Positions 63,006 through 64,000 of a stretch of 64,000 nucleotides of DNA are shown here, piece after piece. Numbering within the stretch: position 1 is the first letter of the stretch; each line of letters opens with the position of its first letter. Under the pieces are notes generated by a model. That model did not search any database. It was not told where the DNA came from and saw nothing but the letters and a program-made list of their open reading frames with translations. Made by a program: the position numbers and the translations under genes. The stretch comes from an uncultured Clostridia bacterium (lineage in GTDB: Bacteria > Acidobacteriota > Aminicenantia > UBA2199): NCBI GenBank assembly GCA_964562095.1, contig CAZLSH010000002.1, forward strand, positions 9,597-73,596, given 5' to 3'.

Positions 63006-64000
63006 TCACTGCCGGCACAGCTCCAGCCCCACTCCCCAGGAAAAGCGGCGCAGCTCGTCATTGCTGCCGTTGACGAAATCGATGCTGACCTGGCTGGTGA
63101 GGTTGAAGCGGTGGCTCAAAGCCCAGGCCAGGCCGAATCCCGGCTCGACCACCAGGGACAGGGACTTGGCCAGCTCGTCTTGCTTGTCCTTGTACATGAA
63201 TCCGGCGACGGTCCGCAGCCGCAAGCCGAGGCGGCCTTTTTCCAGCAGCGCGTAGTCGACGGCCAGGCCCCAGAACGGCGGGCGGCTGTCGGTTTCCGGC
63301 CCGACGCGGCCGAAACCGATCAGCCCGAATGCCAGGGAACGGCCCAGCCTCGCCCCGAGCTGCATGCCGGGCATGAATGTCCAGCGGCCCTCGTAGCGCG
63401 ACAGCTTGCCGTAAAAATGGGCGTAGAAGTGAAGCCGATTTGCCGGCAGCGGCCGGCCTTCGTGCGGCAGCGTTTGATCGCCGCGGGCGATGGCGTCGAG
63501 GATCTCCGTGCGCGTGAAGCGGTCTTCGTTCAGTTCCTGCGTCTCACCGGGGGCCAGTTCCACCTCCGCCTCGCGGACATCGCTGTCGTTGACGGCGATG
63601 AGACGGTAGCGCCCGCGTCCCAGGCCCAGTTCGAGCACCCCCCCGGCCGTTTTGGGAAACTCCATCACCAGGGCGCCGCCCTGATCGTGGACGAAGATGC
63701 GCCCGGCCATGTCGCCGCCCAGGCGCAGATGGGCGTCGCCCTGGCGCAGGTCGGTGAGCACGACATCGCCGGTGCCCGACATCTGGATGTCGTAGCTGGC
63801 GTGCTGCGGTCCGCCTGGCGTTTTTTCGGTCTGGCGCAGGGTCTCGACGAAGGCGAACTGGTAGGCCTCGCTCAGGGTGACGCGGCCGTCCCTGGAGGCG
63901 TCCGCGGCGCCGCGCAGCCCGGTGACCAGGGAGCGGGTGAAAAAGGAGCCGCGGATGCGCTCCGATTCCTGCGAGGCTTCGTCGGCCGAGCTGGACGTCA
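63006..64000 (-). CDS. Caspase-like (peptidase C14 family) domain protein with a C-terminal beta-rich domain; 5-prime partial (continues beyond the window end)
   Basis: The frame stays open upstream of the listed ATG to base 64000. The stretch ...RSLVTGLRGAADASRDGRVTLSEAYQFAFVETLRQT matches the characteristic tail of bacterial caspase-domain proteins. Confidence 0.45.
   Translation of the reverse strand, partial: TSSSADEASQESERIRGSFFTRSLVTGLRGAADASRDGRVTLSEAYQFAFVETLRQTEKTPGGPQHASYDIQMSGTGDVVLTDLRQGDAHLRLGGDMAGRIFVHDQGGALVMEFPKTAGGVLELGLGRGRYRLIAVNDSDVREAEVELAPGETQELNEDRFTRTEILDAIARGDQTLPHEGRPLPANRLHFYAHFYGKLSRYEGRWTFMPGMQLGARLGRSLAFGLIGFGRVGPETDSRPPFWGLAVDYALLEKGRLGLRLRTVAGFMYKDKQDELAKSLSLVVEPGFGLAWALSHRFNLTSQVSIDFVNGSNDELRRFSWGVGLELCRQ

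Overview
This is a high-GC (~65%) bacterial chromosomal segment, densely coded on both strands, with no rRNA, CRISPR array or obvious phage or transposon genes.

Left third, in order:
- The 3-prime end of a molybdopterin oxidoreductase.
- A LysR regulator beside two tandem aldehyde dehydrogenases: a 1-pyrroline-5-carboxylate-dehydrogenase-like enzyme and an ALDH7/piperideine-6-carboxylate dehydrogenase.
- A complete [FeFe]-hydrogenase module: CpI-type hydA followed by the maturases hydF, hydG and hydE.
- An oxalate/formate-antiporter-family MFS transporter, preceded by a near-consensus sigma70 promoter and a 30-aa upstream ORF.

Minus-strand operon at 12.2-20.3 kb. It encodes a six-subunit complex of the kind found in energy-converting group 4 hydrogenases and complex I: NuoL-, NuoH-, HyfE-, NuoM/N-like membrane subunits, a fused NuoC-NuoD large subunit and a ferredoxin-NuoB fusion. 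The large subunit has lost both CxxC nickel-binding motifs, so this is an Ehr-type (energy-converting hydrogenase related) complex rather than a true [NiFe] hydrogenase. The operon is headed by an unusual HTH-PTS-EIIA regulator.

Middle of the window:
- A tightly coupled gap / giant ORF / long-gap trio. The 1357-aa protein carries the ATP-grasp and phosphohistidine domains of pyruvate,phosphate dikinase. It lacks the PEP/pyruvate barrel and instead has a ~700-aa N-terminal region I cannot assign.
- Two tandem paralogous membrane sensors (periplasmic beta-propeller, Y_Y_Y domain, TM helix, LuxR HTH). They share a ~520-nt near-identical 3-prime block and each has a conserved TTCAA-N4-TTGAA palindrome upstream.
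- Enolase.

Right half: MFS and AmpG-like transporters, two M16 peptidases, FdhD and MobA, PilZ, tRNA-CAT immediately upstream of tilS, a TPM/YgcG-like protein, a GntR-ABC operon, a PaaK-like ligase overlapping an S51 peptidase, an ACP plus hexapeptide acyltransferase pair, GlpD-like dehydrogenase, a GDSL hydrolase and a 5-prime-truncated caspase-like gene.

Two families of short repeat elements recur in the intergenic regions:
- Purine-arm/pyrimidine-arm long hairpins (GGCAAAAG-type and GGGAAGA-type).
- Tandem heptamers of the CTAACRT / GTGTTAG type.

I ran no database searches. All assignments come from motifs and family resemblance read directly from the translations.
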